Below are positions 1-11,811 of a DNA stretch of 64,000 nucleotides, in pieces. Within the stretch, counting starts at the first letter, position 1; each line of letters starts with the position of its first letter. The notes below the pieces were generated by a model that saw only the letters and a list, made by a program, of their open reading frames with translations, was not told the origin of the DNA and ran no database searches. The stretch is from Octopus vulgaris (Eukaryota): positions 27,528,001 to 27,592,000 of the forward strand of contig OX597829.1 of NCBI GenBank assembly GCA_951406725.2, written 5' to 3'. The position numbers and the translations under genes are program-made.

Positions 1-608
1 CTGCATGTAAAATGATAAACAACACTCACAAACAATTAACAGAATCTTTATTTACTGCACATAGTGTTTTCTGTGTTCGTCTTTGAATGAAGAATAAAAA
101 CTACAATTTATACACACTGGGAGAGAAAAAACTCTAAGGTTTACGACAAAATATCTTATACATATCGATCTGTAACTAGGCCGTCACAATTGAGGAAGTA
201 TTGTACTAAATTAATGGCGGCAAATATGTACATTCAACCTGGATGGCTGGAGAATGAAAACAAGAGTTTGTATTTGTTAAAACAACTGTCTGACATATTG
301 AATCTGTCCTTTCAATCTGCACGAATGGAGAATGAAAACGTGAGTATGAAATATTTGAAACTATTGTCTCGGCATTCCGAAGCTGTCGCTAAAAATCCGC
401 CTTTTTATAGGCCTTCTAAAAAGTCGAATTACGTGATGGCTTGACACTGATTTGTTGGTTAGGCAGCCGACCTCGTGAAACAATAGTTAATTCAATGTGA
501 CATTTCTATGGCTGTCCAGCGATTCGATTTCGAATCTGCTGCACATAAATACATATATGAATATATAAAAATTCCATTACAAAAACCAAAAAAAAAAATA
601 GCAGACTA

Positions 609-1336
609 GGATCTTTTCGGTTTGAACGGCAGTTTTTAACATAATTTCTAGGTAACTAAAAAATTTTAAACTTCGTGTACTGGTATGATGTGTTTATAAA
701 ACATCTTTTTCTCTTGGCTTTATTGAGAAAATTCTATAGTTTGTAAGATATTTGGTCTTTAATTTCTTGCATCTCTGCAATTCAACCAATCACTGGCGTC
801 TATTGAGTTAAAAAGCATTCTGTGCCGTATGAATATGTCCCTCGTTTAAGAATCAGATTGGGTTTATTTAATTTTGTGAAGAAAAAAGATACCCTCCCCC
901 CACCCCTAATCCTAACCCTAACCCTAACTAACCCTAAATCTAGCGGTGTCATATGAAATTGTCACCCATAATTATGACCCTAGTATCGATCTATTGCATT
1001 TCAATCTATTTAGGATTTAGGGTTAGTTAGGGTTAGGGGTGGGGGAAGGGTATCTTTTTTTTCTTCACAAATGTAAATAAACCCAATCTGTTTCTTAAAC
1101 GAGGGACATATTCATGCGGCACAGAATGTTTTCACCTCAATAGACGGTCATTGATTGGTTGAAATTGCCGAAATGCAAGTAATTAAAGACCAAATATCTT
1201 ACAAACTATAGAATTTTCTCAATAAAGCCAAGAGAAGAAGATGTTTTATAAACACATTCTACCAGTATACGAAGTTTAAAATTTTTTAGTTACATAGAAA
1301 TTATGTTACAAAGTACAGTTCAAACCGAAAAGATCC
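609..1336. mobile_element. Fold-back MITE (Merlin-like) with ~330-bp TIRs ending internally in telomeric repeats
   Basis: Termini are GGATCTTTTCGG...CCGAAAAGATCC with long imperfect inverted arms. Flanks gcagacta (601-608) and gcagactc (1337-1344) form an 8-bp TSD with 1 mismatch. 5'-GG ends plus an 8-bp TSD fit Merlin (inference). Confidence 0.8.
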
Positions 1337-1666
1337 GCAGACTCACCCAATTACTAAAGTTTTAAAATGCTGGACTAAACTCTGAAATTTGGTCTAAACA
1401 TCGTCAAAGCGGAAGTATTAAATCCAATAAAACTGACTAAAATCCAATAAAATAACTAAAACTAGTGATGCATCCGCTGACCAAAAGACCTCCCTCTACC
1501 TACCAGCATCTTTTTTTCTGAACCACCAAAAAACAATCCCATCGCCTGAAACCAATAGAACTAAATCCTCACACCTGTTTATGTGACACATTTAAGTAAC
1601 GTTTTGCACTTGTGCCTTTTGATTTTAAATTGCGTCTAGCCACTTTAATAAATGATGTGTGTTGTA

Positions 1667-1718
<52 letters not shown>

Positions 1719-2254
1719 TGTGTTTGTCCCCAACATCGCTTGACAACCGATGCTGGTGTGTTTACGTCCCCGTAATTTAGCGGTTCGTCAAAATAAACCG
1801 ATAGAATAAGTACTAGGCTTACAAAGAATAAGTCCTGGGATCGATTTCCTCGACTTAAGGCGGTGCTCCAGCATGGCCTCAGTCAAATAACTGAAACAAA
1901 TAAAAGAATAAAAGAATACGTGGTTTCATATATAAAATTCAGTTTTCTTGTATAGCATGAACACCTTCTGCATCACTGCAGCAATAAATGATGTGTATAT
2001 GTATATATATATATACTTACAACAAGCCTTTCCTCATGACCACGCTCCACATCTTTCGGATTTAGTCTTTGTCCTGATTATGAGATAGCGCAGGCACGGG
2101 TACTCAGTAACGAATGTCTGCAAGAAAAATACAGAGTTGTTATTTTCGTCATGTTTATACTCGGAGTAAACTTTTGGAAAAAAAAAACTCAACTTCGCTA
2201 CGATAACGCTTTTCAAGCAGCCTCGTACAGTGATATCTCCATTTTCTTTACTCT

Positions 2255-2650
2255 TTACTCTCTCAATTACTTGTTTCAGTCATGTAACCGTGGCCATGCT
2301 GCAGCACCGCCTTTAGTCGAGCAAATCGACCCCAGGACTTATTCTTTATAAGCCTAGTACTAATTCTATCGGCCTCTTTTGCCGAACCGTTAAGTTACGG
2401 GGACGTAAACACACCAGCATCGGTTGTCAAGCAATGGGGTGGGGGGTGGACAAACACAGACACACAAACATACACACACACATACATATATATATGTATA
2501 CATATATACGACGGGCTTCTTTCAGTTTCCGTCTACTAAATCCACTCACAAGGCTTCTATAGTAGAAGACACTTGCCCAAGGTGCCACGCAATGGGAATG
2601 AACCCGGAACCATGCGGTTCGTAAGCAAGCTACCTACCACACAGTCACTT
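2255..2650 (-). mobile_element. tRNA-derived CORE-type SINE (family A), representative copy
   Basis: The family head (clearest at 37906) is TGGCTGTGTGG (A box)...GATTCAGTCCC/GGTTCAGTCCC (B box)...CCTTGGGCAAGTGTC, with an internal (CA/TA)n tract. Other copies are near 1717-1917, 15360-15825, 18020-18255, 36985-37365, 37906-38237, 44805-45550, 46385-46730, 52082-52305 and 62146-62310. Confidence 0.85.
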
Positions 2651-2750
2651 CTACGTCTATTTGTGAATCTTCGAATCATGTTTATATAAGCTACTCGACC
2701 GCCAAGGCTGGCATGTCGAACTTTCGACATGACATTGAGTTATGTCCAGA

Positions 2751-2850
<100 letters not shown>

Positions 2851-2898
2851 CATATCTATGTATAAATGTATATATGTGTGTGTGTACGTGTATGTGTG

Positions 2899-2936
<38 letters not shown>

Positions 2937-3652
2937 CGTGCCACATTAGAACTTAAGCAGTGCAATATTATATTTTATATTTTTGCGATTACAATATAGA
3001 ATATCCTGTGTACGTGAATTTTAGGCCACCATTTCGAGGCCTTCCTAAGATGGAGTCGGCAGCGCAATCGCTAGATAAACTGGCCCTCTAACATGAAAAC
3101 GGTTCCCTTTCACTTCCAGCTGCTGACTATTGCTCAAGGCTACTCATGGGTATGGATCTGATCATAATCTGCTCTCACTGCAGATCTCTACTCTTGAAAA
3201 GTGATGCCTAACTTACTTTAACAATTTCATCTGAACTTGTCACAAATCTATGATATCATGCACATATTATTTATCAATATGATTAGTTCATAAATGATAC
3301 AGGTATTATGTAAATTACGACCATCTTGAAACAGCTGTCGAAATAAGATTTTGCATAATTTTGATTTTCATTTAATAATCTGTACTTATGTGCCGCCCGT
3401 GTAAACATATGTTTCATGCCTGATGCGTGGCACACAGTGTACCTATTCAGACAACGTCGATTTGATGGAGAGAGTGAGCTAATGTGCAGTACGAATATTT
3501 GATCACTATAAACAAATCGTTCGGCAAAAGCTGCACGTCACATACGTCGTCTCCGACGGAAGAGTCCATCATATATAAAATACTTGAGTTAATTCATTTG
3601 ACTAAAAAATACTTCAAGGTGGTGTCCCTGCATGACAGAAACAAGTAAAAGG

Positions 3653-3718
<66 letters not shown>

Positions 3719-3792
3719 ATATATATATTATTACGGAGATGTACTCGCATAGCAAGTGATTTGATCTGAGATCGTGTGCTGAAACGAAAACA

Positions 3793-4059
3793 ATTGCAGC
3801 GTGGAAGGTGTTTATAAGCCATTTAAGAAACACACAAAAGCCGTTCGATTCACTTCAACATTTAAGTTTAATTTGTCAAAATATTTTCGTCGCTAAAATC
3901 CGCGACCTGTTCACTGACAAAAATCTGTGCTGCATCTCAGTGAACAGGTCGCGGATTTTAGCGACGAAAATATTTTGACAAATTAAACTTAAATGTTGAA
4001 GTGAATCGAACGGCTTTTGTGTGTTTCTTAAATGGCTTATAAACACCTTCCACGCTGCA

Positions 4060-4061
<2 letters not shown>
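3793..4061. repeat. Perfect-looking 125-bp inverted repeat (19-nt spacer) in a (TA)n-flanked Penelope-like module
   Basis: Arms 3793-3917 and 3937-4061 are reverse complements. (TA)n lies at ~3655-3727 and ~4060-4085. Confidence 0.92.
3872..3921 (-). ncRNA. Variant minimal hammerhead ribozyme motif (G3-C8 core)
   Basis: Minus strand reads TTTGTCA-GTGAACA-G-GTCGC-ggatttta-GCGAC-GAAA-ATATTT-TGACAAA. This gives a 7-bp stem I, a 5-bp stem II and a palindromic helix III (AAAATATTTT). Confidence 0.55.
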
Positions 4062-4093
<32 letters not shown>

Positions 4094-4359
4094 AGAGAGA
4101 CAGAGACAGAGACAGACAGAGACAGAGACAGAGACAGAGAGCTGGGGGAGAGAGACAGAGAAGCAAATCAAAAATAATACAAAAATAAGAACAAAAACAA
4201 CAAAAGTCAAAAGGATGTACACAGTGAATGTATTAGGTTTATGTTCAGTTTAAGATGAAAAAAAAAGAGTGGAGGGTAACATTTCTTCATCTGGAGAGAA
4301 GGAAAAGAACAGTCCGAGAAAAATACGTGTGTCATTACATGGTTGAAATGGCATGCATA

Positions 4360-4408
<49 letters not shown>

Positions 4409-5139
4409 GACGTGTGTGTGTTCATTAAATAAAAAGTTGATAGTCTCCTCTGAGTTTTGCCCTTGTCTAGTCTGTTCACATTCGTTAACAGCCTAACCAA
4501 GTGTGAAACTCAGAGTAGATTGTCAGCTTTTTATATAATGAACTTACACAGTACCCTGCATATTGAATTCTGTAGCATAATGTCTGTTCTATGAAAAGTA
4601 TGTAACACGTTCAAGTGTATTTGGACGTAAGAAAACCTTCCGCTGTGAAAACAGTTCGAGAAAATTCTCCTCATAGACATGTACGAAAATACGTTTGCTA
4701 GTAAATTACGTCATTGGACTGTAGGACACATGCTTTTTTGTCGGGGATTTTTTAAATTCTTATATTTTTTATAATCAAATATTAGTAGAAATTGCATAAA
4801 AATAATTATCAAAATATTTCCTGTTTTGTAGAAGAATAAGCAATTTATTGCACATAAATTATAACAACAAATTCTTAATATGGACCCTGGTTCAGAACCA
4901 TTGTGCTAGTGTCTGCCAAACTTTTTTTTACCTTACGACACACTGGGCGAGGATAATTTATTTTGCGACACACCATAATAATAAAAATCCCAGCAAAACT
5001 AAATATACTTTATTAGTATGAATAAAAAATAAGTTCTTATAATAGTAACAATAGAATTACATTGTTTTATGAACACAGACACACACACATACTCTTTTAT
5101 TTGTTTCAGTCATTTGACTGTGGCCATGCTGGAGCATGT

Positions 5140-6571
5140 ATTTCATTACATCATGGAAACATACCTTTAAGGTAAACTACATTATTCATTGCTGCATAGT
5201 TGAGATGCAATATTTCATTAATCGAGTTTTGTCTGATGAAATAAGTATTTCAACATCTCTAATTGTCCAGTCATAATTGGTCTGATGAAATATTTCATCA
5301 TCTCAAATTTAATATAAGTATATCCGTTTGTATCTATTTCCTTACTTGCTTTACAGTGTTAATAATGTCAAGATAGTGTAGAAATTGTCCTGGTGTGTTT
5401 TACTGTCTGTGGACAATCTGTTGTGAAAGCTGAAAAACGTACAATAACACCAGAGATCAAGAAGATTTATAAGCAATACTTTGACTGTCAGGACAAGTTA
5501 TGAGCATCACATTTTATCTGCTCAGCTTGCTCAAATGGCTTATGTGACTAGTTCAATAATAATAAGAAGTCCATGCCTTTTGCCATTCCAATAATATGGA
5601 GGGAGCCGAAAGACCATTTTAATGTCACAGGATTTTCTATGAAGAATACACACAGAATTGTGCATTCCTATTTGGATTCTGCAATGAGACCTGTGCCTCA
5701 CAATGGAAGTCTGTCAATTCCAGTTCCACCAGATGATGGTATTGAAACATCAGATGATGATTCTGACAGTAGGGAAGAGAAATGCCAGAAGGTTTGAGTA
5801 TATTGTAGAAAAGTTTGCTAAAATCACACAGGCGAAGTTGTAAGAAGGTATCTTTGTCGGACCCCAAATTAGAAAAATACTCAAAGATGTCAACTTCAAG
5901 ACAACACTGGATGAACTGGAACTGCCTGCCTGGAAAGCTATCAGTTGGATCTGTGAGAATTTCTTGGGCAGCAAGAAAGCAATGGACTACAAGGATGGCA
6001 TCAAGAATATTCTGAAATGTTACTCAGCAATAGGTTGTCGCATGTCACTGAAAGTTCACATCTTGGACATCCATCTGGATTTCTTCGCAGATAACCATAG
6101 AGCAGTGTCAGATGAACATGGTGGAAGATTTCACCATGACATTAATGCTATGAAGAAACGGTACCAAGGCTTCTGGACTGATAGTATGCTGACTGACTAC
6201 TGCTGGACACTTTACCGAGATCAACCAGATCAGAAACACCGCAAGAAATCCAAATCACAATGTTTCTAACTCTGTTGTTCTAACTTTGTCTGTTTTGTCT
6301 GACCCATTTTTGTGTATTCACTCTTTGTAAAATGATAGGGATGATTTTAAACTCAATAAACTCATTTACTTTCTAAAAATAATGTCTTTATTTATTACGT
6401 TAATGATTTCATATATACAAATATGTAAATATTTCAATGTATCTACTGAAAAACTGATACGTGCTGCATATAAATGGAGTGAAATTTTGAAATCACGAAA
6501 AATTAGTCTAAAAAACGTTGGTTTATATCCATAATGAATGAGTATAATACATTCAATTTTGTTGACCAGTG
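5140..6571 (+). mobile_element. Chapaev3-type (CMC) DNA transposon remnant; transposase pseudogene at 5365-6269
   Basis: Motifs MPFAIPIIWREPKDH, SAMRPVPH and MSLKVH..HLDFF..N..AVSDEHG.RFH.DI..M..RYQG.W...DYCW. The right end TTTTGTTGACCAGTG is followed by TAA (TWA-type target). The left end was not found. Confidence 0.72.
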
Positions 6572-7746
6572 TAATCATCGTTAGGAAATTCAAATCCAGA
6601 TTTTTCAGCATCGAAGAAACATATTATTTCAGTTCGCAAAGAGATAAAACGAGAGAGCACTTTTCCTTTCAAGAGCCATCGCACTTCTGTAAGAAGCAGT
6701 AAACACTTAAAATCAGAATCCATAGTTTCACATAGGGATGCAAGAAGTCTGCACCATAGGAAATGTGATTTTATGTAATTCACCACTTTAACAACGTTGT
6801 CTATCGTCTTCAGGAGACCATCAGGTAGAGATTTTGACACCAATACTTCACAGTGAATCATGTAATATACAATTTTAACTTGTGAATTTTTTTGTAATAC
6901 ATGAGTCACGAAGCCTTTTTTTCAATCCTGCATGGGTAGAGCGCCATCAGTGCAAATGCTAATACAAATTTTCCACTGAATCCCTCTCAATACATTTTGG
7001 TTTACCAGGTTAAAGACATCTCCTGTCGTTCTTTCCTTCAATTCACAACAAAAGAAAAACTGACTTATGATTTTACCACCTCTGATGATTCGCAGAAATG
7101 AAATTAGTTGAGCTTTGTTGTTGATGTCTGTACTTTCATCGGTTTGTAAGACCCACAAGTTTTCGAGTTCATTTTTTTTGCTTCAGTGAAATGTTCACGG
7201 AGCTGATCACTAATGTCTCGCGAAATGTCTTGAATTTTACGAGAAATCGTGTGTGCAGACAAAGGAATGGTCTTAATTTATCTGGTGGCTTCATCACTAA
7301 TCGTGCCAACAGCGATCTCCAAGGCCGGTAAAATGTTTTCAGCATCAGAATGTGTTTTTTTATTTCATTACCAAAAGCTGGGCAATTTTGTAACAAGCGA
7401 TTTGAGCTTTCACGGGAATTGAGTGAAATTTCTTCATCCTTTTTGATTGAATTTTTAAATTGTTTTTTAGCATCTTAAGTATCCTTTTGGTTTGTCCTTA
7501 TGTTATGGATGATTTGTTATTAAATGACGTTGAATTCCTGGGAACCAACGCTTCATTTGAGAGTGTTGTTGAACATATCATACAAAAAGGAAGCGAGTTG
7601 TCTTCTTCCGATAAAATAAAACCACATTGGATGTAATTTTCATTATATTTTCGTTTTGATGAGGTGGACTTTTTATTCTGGGGTTCGTCTTGTTTGCTAT
7701 GAATCTCTTTCCCGTTTTTCTGAGGTCTCAATAAATATTTGCCCAT
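6572..7746 (-). pseudogene. Frameshifted hAT/Buster transposase (ZBED5/ZBED8-like)
   Basis: Fragments include KRKYNENYI..GF..CMIC (BED finger), LQTDESTD..AQL, ICTDGA, HC..V, VVKVVNYIK and TEVRWL.KGKVL.RF, spread over four broken frames. Confidence 0.88.
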
Positions 7747-7891
7747 GTTTAAATCTAAAACTAAAAATCGATTAAAATTAACATAAAATAATTTATGTAA
7801 ATTATAAATAAATCAAAAAATAAAAACTACAAGGACTAATAAAAAATTTACTTATAGACAATCCCGGTTCAAATGCAGAAACGTAATATAT

Positions 7892-8240
7892 TTATTTCTT
7901 TATTGCCCACAGGGGGCTAAACATAGAGGGGACAAACAAGGATTACATCGACCAAGGCAAAGTCGACCTCGGCGGAATCTGAACTCAGAACGTAACGGCA
8001 GACGAAATACCTGTTTTTTTTACTACCTACAGGGGGCTAAACACAGAGAGGACAAACAAGAACAGACAAACGGATTAAGTCGATTACATCGACCCCAGTG
8101 CGTAACTGGTACTTAATTTATCGACCCCGAAAGGATGAAGGCAAAGTCGACACGGCGGAATTTGAACTCAGAACGTAGCGGCAGATGAAATGCCGCTAAG
8201 CATTAAGCCCGGCGTGCTAATGATTCTGTCGGCTCGCCGC
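7892..8240 (-). mobile_element. Dimeric Meta-domain-like SINE (family B)
   Basis: Contains GAGTTCAAATTCCGCC...GTCGACTTTGCCTTCATCCTTTCGGGGTCGATAAATTAAGTACCAG plus a second partial monomer. gtaatatat occurs on both flanks. Monomers are also at 13698-13930, 42522-42753, 54833-55035 and 61965-62120. Confidence 0.8.
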
Positions 8241-8637
8241 TGTAATATATGTAATATATTGTAGCAAAACTGCTGTTCATCGCGAAGCGTAATTAATTTA
8301 TATTCACCGTATCTTACGATTTATATAATTAATTTACATTTACGCACGAACTTTGCGAAAGTTCTTGGATCGTTGTTTCCCGAAAATCCCGAAAATATTT
8401 TTCGCGGTATTCCAGGATTCTCTCGCAGCACTCTGCTGTGTCGCATGACAGTTTGACAGATACTGTGCTAGACCGTGCAGTGTCATATATGCTCCCACTG
8501 GGAGAATAAAAACAGAGAAAGAGAGAGAGAGTACATATCGCAACCATGAATTTCAACCAAAAACCAAATCAACTGAACTACGAGCACTGGATGATGACAA
8601 CCAAACTGGCTGACATACATAGATGAGAAAGGAAAAA

Positions 8638-8998
8638 GATATTAATAGTTATCGTCAAGCTAATATGGCAGTCCAGAAATATAGGACGAATGCTGCCGTT
8701 GATTAGCTCCAAGACGTCATCGCCTCTAGCTAGCTATGTGACACACGAACCTGTGTCCATAATAACCTTCGAACAGGGGAGGTCAGCCGCTTCCCCTTGC
8801 TGGTCAGGCATCTGCAGTCTAATTCCAGGGTATTTGCCCCTTAATGCCCTGCATTATAATGGACACAGGTTATAATGGACAAAGGTTCGTGTGTCACATA
8901 GCTAGCTAGAGGCGATGGCCTCTTGGAGCCAATCAACGGCAGCATTCGTCCTATATTTCTGGATTGCCATATTAACTTCGCGATAATTACTAATATCC
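8638..8998. mobile_element. Fold-back MITE with ~130-bp TIRs
   Basis: GATATTAATAGTTATCG...TCCATAATAACC pairs with GGTTATAATGGA...CGATAATTACTAATATCC. No clear TSD. Confidence 0.75.
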
Positions 8999-9319
8999 AG
9001 TACCGCTGTCGTAGTCTCCTTTAGAGAGACTTAGAGATGTTAATATTTCTATTAGAGGAAAAAGAATTCTACTTAAAACCTTAAAGCCTATATATATATA
9101 TATATATATAGGCCAAAAGCTTGTCTCAGATCAGTTGCAGTGAAATTATGCCAGTGACCAGGTTGCAGATAATGTGCCGAAAATTTTGATGCCAAGTAAT
9201 AAAATGTTCGCGTAAAAGTAACAGTTTTCGTGCTGTTTCTGAATGTAATTGCTTTAGTTTCAACAGTCTCAGATCAAATCAGTTGCCTGGCAAGTTCATT
9301 TCACCTCACGCGCGCGCGC

Positions 9320-9412
<93 letters not shown>

Positions 9413-9598
9413 GAGCCAACTGATTATTAATAAACTTCACATGTCATGATTTTCACAGTCTGATGGTTCTCTCCTGAGAGAAACTGGTTAGTCAGTGAGA
9501 AACTGTAAACCTCAACTCCCTCTACTCACTTACTGAGATTTCTTTCGTCTAGAGGCCACCAAATTTAGTATTATGTATGTACGTGCATGTCGGTAATG

Positions 9599-9642
<44 letters not shown>

Positions 9643-9908
9643 GGCACACACACACACATACAGACGTACACATATATGGAGATGTACAAACGTACGTATA
9701 TGTGTATATGCATAGATAGATACACATATATATATATCAATATATCTATATATATACGTAATATATATATATATATATACCTACATGTATGTATATATGT
9801 TTGCGTGTGTGTGTGTGTGTGTACAGTGGCAGGATGGGTCAAAACGACCGTTGTATAAAATAAAGATTAATATCTATCTTCTTGTTACTTAAGAAATTAT
9901 CATTATTA

Positions 9909-9997
<89 letters not shown>

Positions 9998-10581
9998 GTG
10001 TGTGTGTATATATATATACACACATATATATAAATATATGTATGTATATGTGTATATGCATTTATGTATGTATATAAATATGTTTGCATGCAGGTGTGTA
10101 TGTATGTATAGACAAATAGATTAACAGATATATATATATATATATATGTCAATTTATTTGTCTATGCATACACATATACACATACACACACACACATATA
10201 CACATGTATGTATGCATGTATCTATATATGCATGTATGTCTACATGTATGTGTAGGTGTGAAGCCAATTGGTTATCTTCAGTTGAATCCACCGTTAAGGA
10301 CAAAATTTTTAAATATTCACTACGTCTCTGCCTGTTTACTCGGAAGATACAAAAGTGTCTAGAACCAAACCTTGGGACTGCAAACTATACCAACCCATGA
10401 ACCGAATGTCACTACTTAGTTACAAAATCCCACTGTCTTCACCTAGAATAAGCAGTGTTGCTTTAGTAGCTTAGGGCTCAAAAACTCACAAGTTTTCAAT
10501 ATCTTGCCACAAAACCTGCGTTGTGTAGATGAGAATGTATTTTTTTATAAATGCGTGTGTATGCATGGGTATGCATGTGAG

Positions 10582-10771
10582 TCGCCATGATAGATCGCTA
10601 GCCACTACACATTCTTTATTTTCTCTCCTTGTTTCTTTCTGTGTTCCTTTCTGTGGAAGAGCATAGGCTCGAAATGTTAAAAGACTTTTTCACTTCCCAA
10701 GCATTATACTAATACATCTGTTTGTTGTCTACACCACCTGTCTTCATCTTTTGTTTTTTAAGAATTCTCCC

Positions 10772-10775
<4 letters not shown>
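10582..10775 (+). mobile_element. Penelope-like pLTR fragment with degenerate hammerhead (second copy at 62598-62785, minus)
   Basis: CTGTGGA-A-GAGC-atag-GCTC-GAAATGTT at 10651-10678. It abuts (TA)n, and a homologous reverse copy is near 62.7 kb. Confidence 0.55.
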
Positions 10776-10808
<33 letters not shown>

Positions 10809-11079
10809 TTGCTATTTTGTTAAACTGTCATGTCCAAATTTGGACAAATGCATTCTTTTCCAATATTTATATTTGCTTGCAATAGCCAGTTCTTTTGGTC
10901 AAACTATCATATCTCCAGCTGCTTCAGATGCCAAGATATCTAAAATTGTCAAAGTTTGCTATGGAATGGTGAAACTATTTTGACGTTTTCTGAAAAAGCA
11001 ACATTTTGGACTTATGACACTTTTGTATAATAGCAACAGTATACATATACACACACACACACACACAGAGACACACACA

Positions 11080-11121
<42 letters not shown>

Positions 11122-11159
11122 CACATAATACTATCTCTCACCAGATGGTGAGAGATAAA

Positions 11160-11376
11160 TATTATTTAATAAACACAATATATGATTTTAGGTGCTACTA
11201 TTAGTTTCATGTAATGAGAACATGCCATACAGTATTTTTTACCATGTCTGGTCTTTTGCAGTGCCTGAAGATTGCGCTGACACACCAGGCATGTTAAAAA
11301 ATACTGTCTGGCATGCTCTCATCACATGAAACTAATAGTAGCACCTAAAAACATATATTGTGTTTTTTAAATGATA
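11160..11376 (+). mobile_element. Fold-back Penelope-like module with hammerhead motif at 11261-11344
   Basis: Arms are ~11160-11252 and ~11284-11376. The motif reads GTGC-CTGAAGA...GAAAC-TAATA-GTA-GCAC. Stem II is imperfect. Confidence 0.6.
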
Positions 11377-11490
11377 TACATACATACATACATATATATA
11401 TATATAAATATATATATATGAAACAGATGTGTGGATGGATGAATGTACATAGAAACACACACACAAACAGACACACCCATATATACATAG

Positions 11491-11579
<89 letters not shown>

Positions 11580-11663
11580 GTTAATCCAAACATGAAAACA
11601 AAACAATGCAAGGATGTGGAACAAATATAGTATTATTGAACGCTCAGGAAGGGAAGAAGGACG

Positions 11664-11698
11664 GTCTTACGTTTCGAGCGGAGCTCTTCGTCAGAAAC
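11664..11698 (-). ncRNA. Minimal hammerhead motif in pLTR-like repeat 11578-11775
   Basis: GTTT-CTGACGA-A-GAGC-tcc-GCTC-GAAAC-GTA-AGAC. A decayed paralog (CCAACGA core) is at 13168-13204 within repeat 13076-13210. Confidence 0.65.
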
Positions 11699-11811
11699 AT
11701 AGGAAAAGGAAAGATCCAGAGAAGGGAAGACGGAGAAAAAAGAATCGCCAACAGTTCACACGTGGTCACATTTTGAATTATATATATATATATATATATA
11801 TATATTTTATT

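Larger units (their letters stand above)
4908..8465 (-). mobile_element. Degenerate hAT (Buster/Charlie group) DNA transposon with nested insertions
   Basis: TIRs are AGTGTCTGCCAAACT (4908) and AGTTTGACAGATACTG (to 8465). Both flanks share tgctag, and the right flank tgcTAgac fits the Buster nnnTAnnn target. Confidence 0.75.

Noticed and set aside
190-545. 84-aa ORF and a CTGA...GAAAC segment
   Set aside because: No homology recognised, and the hammerhead core is incomplete.
903-1040. Chromosome end or telomere fusion site
   Set aside because: The tracts are short, internal to a TSD-flanked TIR element, and oriented opposite to a fusion scar.
5234-5300. Two CTGATGA heptamers
   Set aside because: No stem II/GAAA/stem I arrangement; they lie in the Chapaev 5' region.
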